This document shows, in pieces, positions 62,640-64,000 of a stretch of 64,000 nucleotides of DNA (position 1 is the first letter of the stretch; every line of letters starts with the position of its first letter). The position numbers and the translations under genes are program-made. The notes beneath the pieces are model-generated. The model did not search any database, had not been told where the DNA came from, and was given only the letters and a program-made list of their open reading frames with translations. The DNA is taken from NCBI GenBank assembly GCA_013265495.1, contig MU058065.1:2705003-2769002 (forward strand), given 5' to 3'. Source of the stretch: Vicugna vicugna. Lineage: Eukaryota.

Positions 62640-63445
62640 CACAAATTATTTTTAAAATGTATTGACCAAATATAGCTAAAAGTGAATAGATAAATTAAGA
62701 CAGAATTCTAAAAAAATTCAAATAATATAAAAGTCAGAAAAAGAGAAACAGGAGAATAAAAGACAGAAGTAATGATTGAAAACAAATAATAAGCCACCTG
62801 AAAATAATAAAATAAGAGAAAATAAGGTCTAAATCCAGGTAGAGACATTCGAAATGAATTATAAAGCAAGACTTAACTAGATACTATCTATAAGAGAGAT
62901 TCTTTAAATACAAGGATGCAGGTAGGTTGAATAAATGGAGAAAGACCATATATAGTCTATTCTATATATGCTATGTAGCATGCAAACAAAAAGCATAAGA
63001 AGGCTGGAGGGGCTACTCTAAATCAGATGAAAGTCTTCAAGGCAAACATGCACGATACAAAGAGGAATATTTCATAAAAATAAAAAGGCAAATTCTTCTC
63101 AAGACTTAAACTAAAAATAACCGTATTGTATGTGAATCAAAAACTGACAAATTAAAGAGATAAGTAGAGAATTCTGTGACTATAATAGGAGATTTTAACA
63201 TCCACTACTCAGCAGTTTATAGAATTAACAGACAAAAAAGCCTGTAAAAATAGAAACAGTTTAAACAGCGCTATCAAATATCCTGACCATATTGATATTT
63301 ACAGAACAATGTACTTAACAAAAGCAGAATACACATCCTTTGTACACTCATAAGTGTAGATCATATGTTGGACTATAAAATCTGTCTTAATAAATTTAAA
63401 AGAATTGAAATCAGGTAGAGATTATTCTCTCGCAATAAAATTAAC
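62640..63445 (+). mobile_element. Old L1 inter-ORF and ORF2 endonuclease fragment
   Basis: ggagattttaaca (GDFN), gcagaatacacatcctt, aataaatttaaaagaattgaaatc. Confidence 0.8.
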
Positions 63446-63669
63446 ATGCATAGACATCATCTTTCAGAGATTTTATCATTCACATTTTCCCACTTTTATT
63501 AACACAGTTTATACTTTCCTCTGGGCACAACTATCCTGCCTATTTGAACATTTCTTCAATCAGTGAATCCAGGCTCATTTAGGCTTTCAGTTATCTTCTT
63601 ATGAGGTACTCCCTTCTATTTGGATGTTCTTTATAGATTAAAGAACACAACTTGCTTGATAATACATGC

Positions 63670-64000
63670 ATTCACTGGCATAAAAGGGATCACCAACAGC
63701 CTCTTATGGGCTTGCCTAATGCGCTTGTCCCTGAACACATCAAAACTCTCTGCAGCATTTGGTACATGGAAGCATTGTTTCTTTGAACACCCCCACCCCT
63801 GCCTTTCACAACACAGTGTTATCTATGGTCTCTAACCAACCTTCCTTCTCTACATCTTGCATCCCCACCTTCTCTTTCTCTCCTTGGAATTCTTCTCCCC
63901 ATGTACTTCCCCAAAAGGATCTCATCATCCCTGAACCTTCCACCTTATTTATGCAGATTATATTCATTTTTGCATTTAGTTCCAATCTCCTTCTTGAGCT
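63670..64000 (+). mobile_element. L2 ORF2 RT fragment
   Basis: ORF 63620-63835 contains KLSAAFGTWKH, like L2 RT DLSAAFDTVDH. Confidence 0.65.

Noticed and set aside
1..64000. Repeated ATGCAAAT octamers across the window
   Set aside because: Several copies are expected by chance in 64 kb of AT-rich DNA and some lie in repeats. Only the 21.8 kb copy has supporting context.
1..64000. CRISPR arrays, operons or other prokaryotic systems
   Set aside because: The sequence is mammalian repeat-rich DNA with no regularly spaced repeats or long ORFs.

Overview
This is AT-rich, CpG-depleted mammalian DNA, most likely from a camelid (alpaca/llama/camel). That call rests on three copies of a tRNA-Ala(AGC)-derived SINE with the GGGGAGGG head and AAACCTAATTAC tail typical of vic-1. 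I can recognise no intact protein-coding gene: the supplied ORFs are chance ORFs or decayed L1/L2 pieces, so the window is intergenic or deep intronic. Much of it is interspersed repeat: a ~9 kb same-strand L1 stack (31.2-40.3 kb), many MIR and L2 fragments, CR1/L3, MaLR/ERVL/ERV1 solo LTRs, hAT MITEs and a Charlie-type transposase remnant. Family names come from recalled consensus motifs, not a database search, and boundaries without TSDs are approximate. The best leads are (1) a minus-strand TATA + octamer promoter with a consensus-donor non-coding first exon near 21.7 kb, plus scattered candidate minus-strand exons; (2) a ~130 bp CpG-decayed, GC-rich retrocopy with poly(A) and a 16-bp TSD inside L1 ORF2; (3) a twin-primed 5'-inverted L1; and (4) several compact motif or palindrome elements. 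I found no convincing new biological system.
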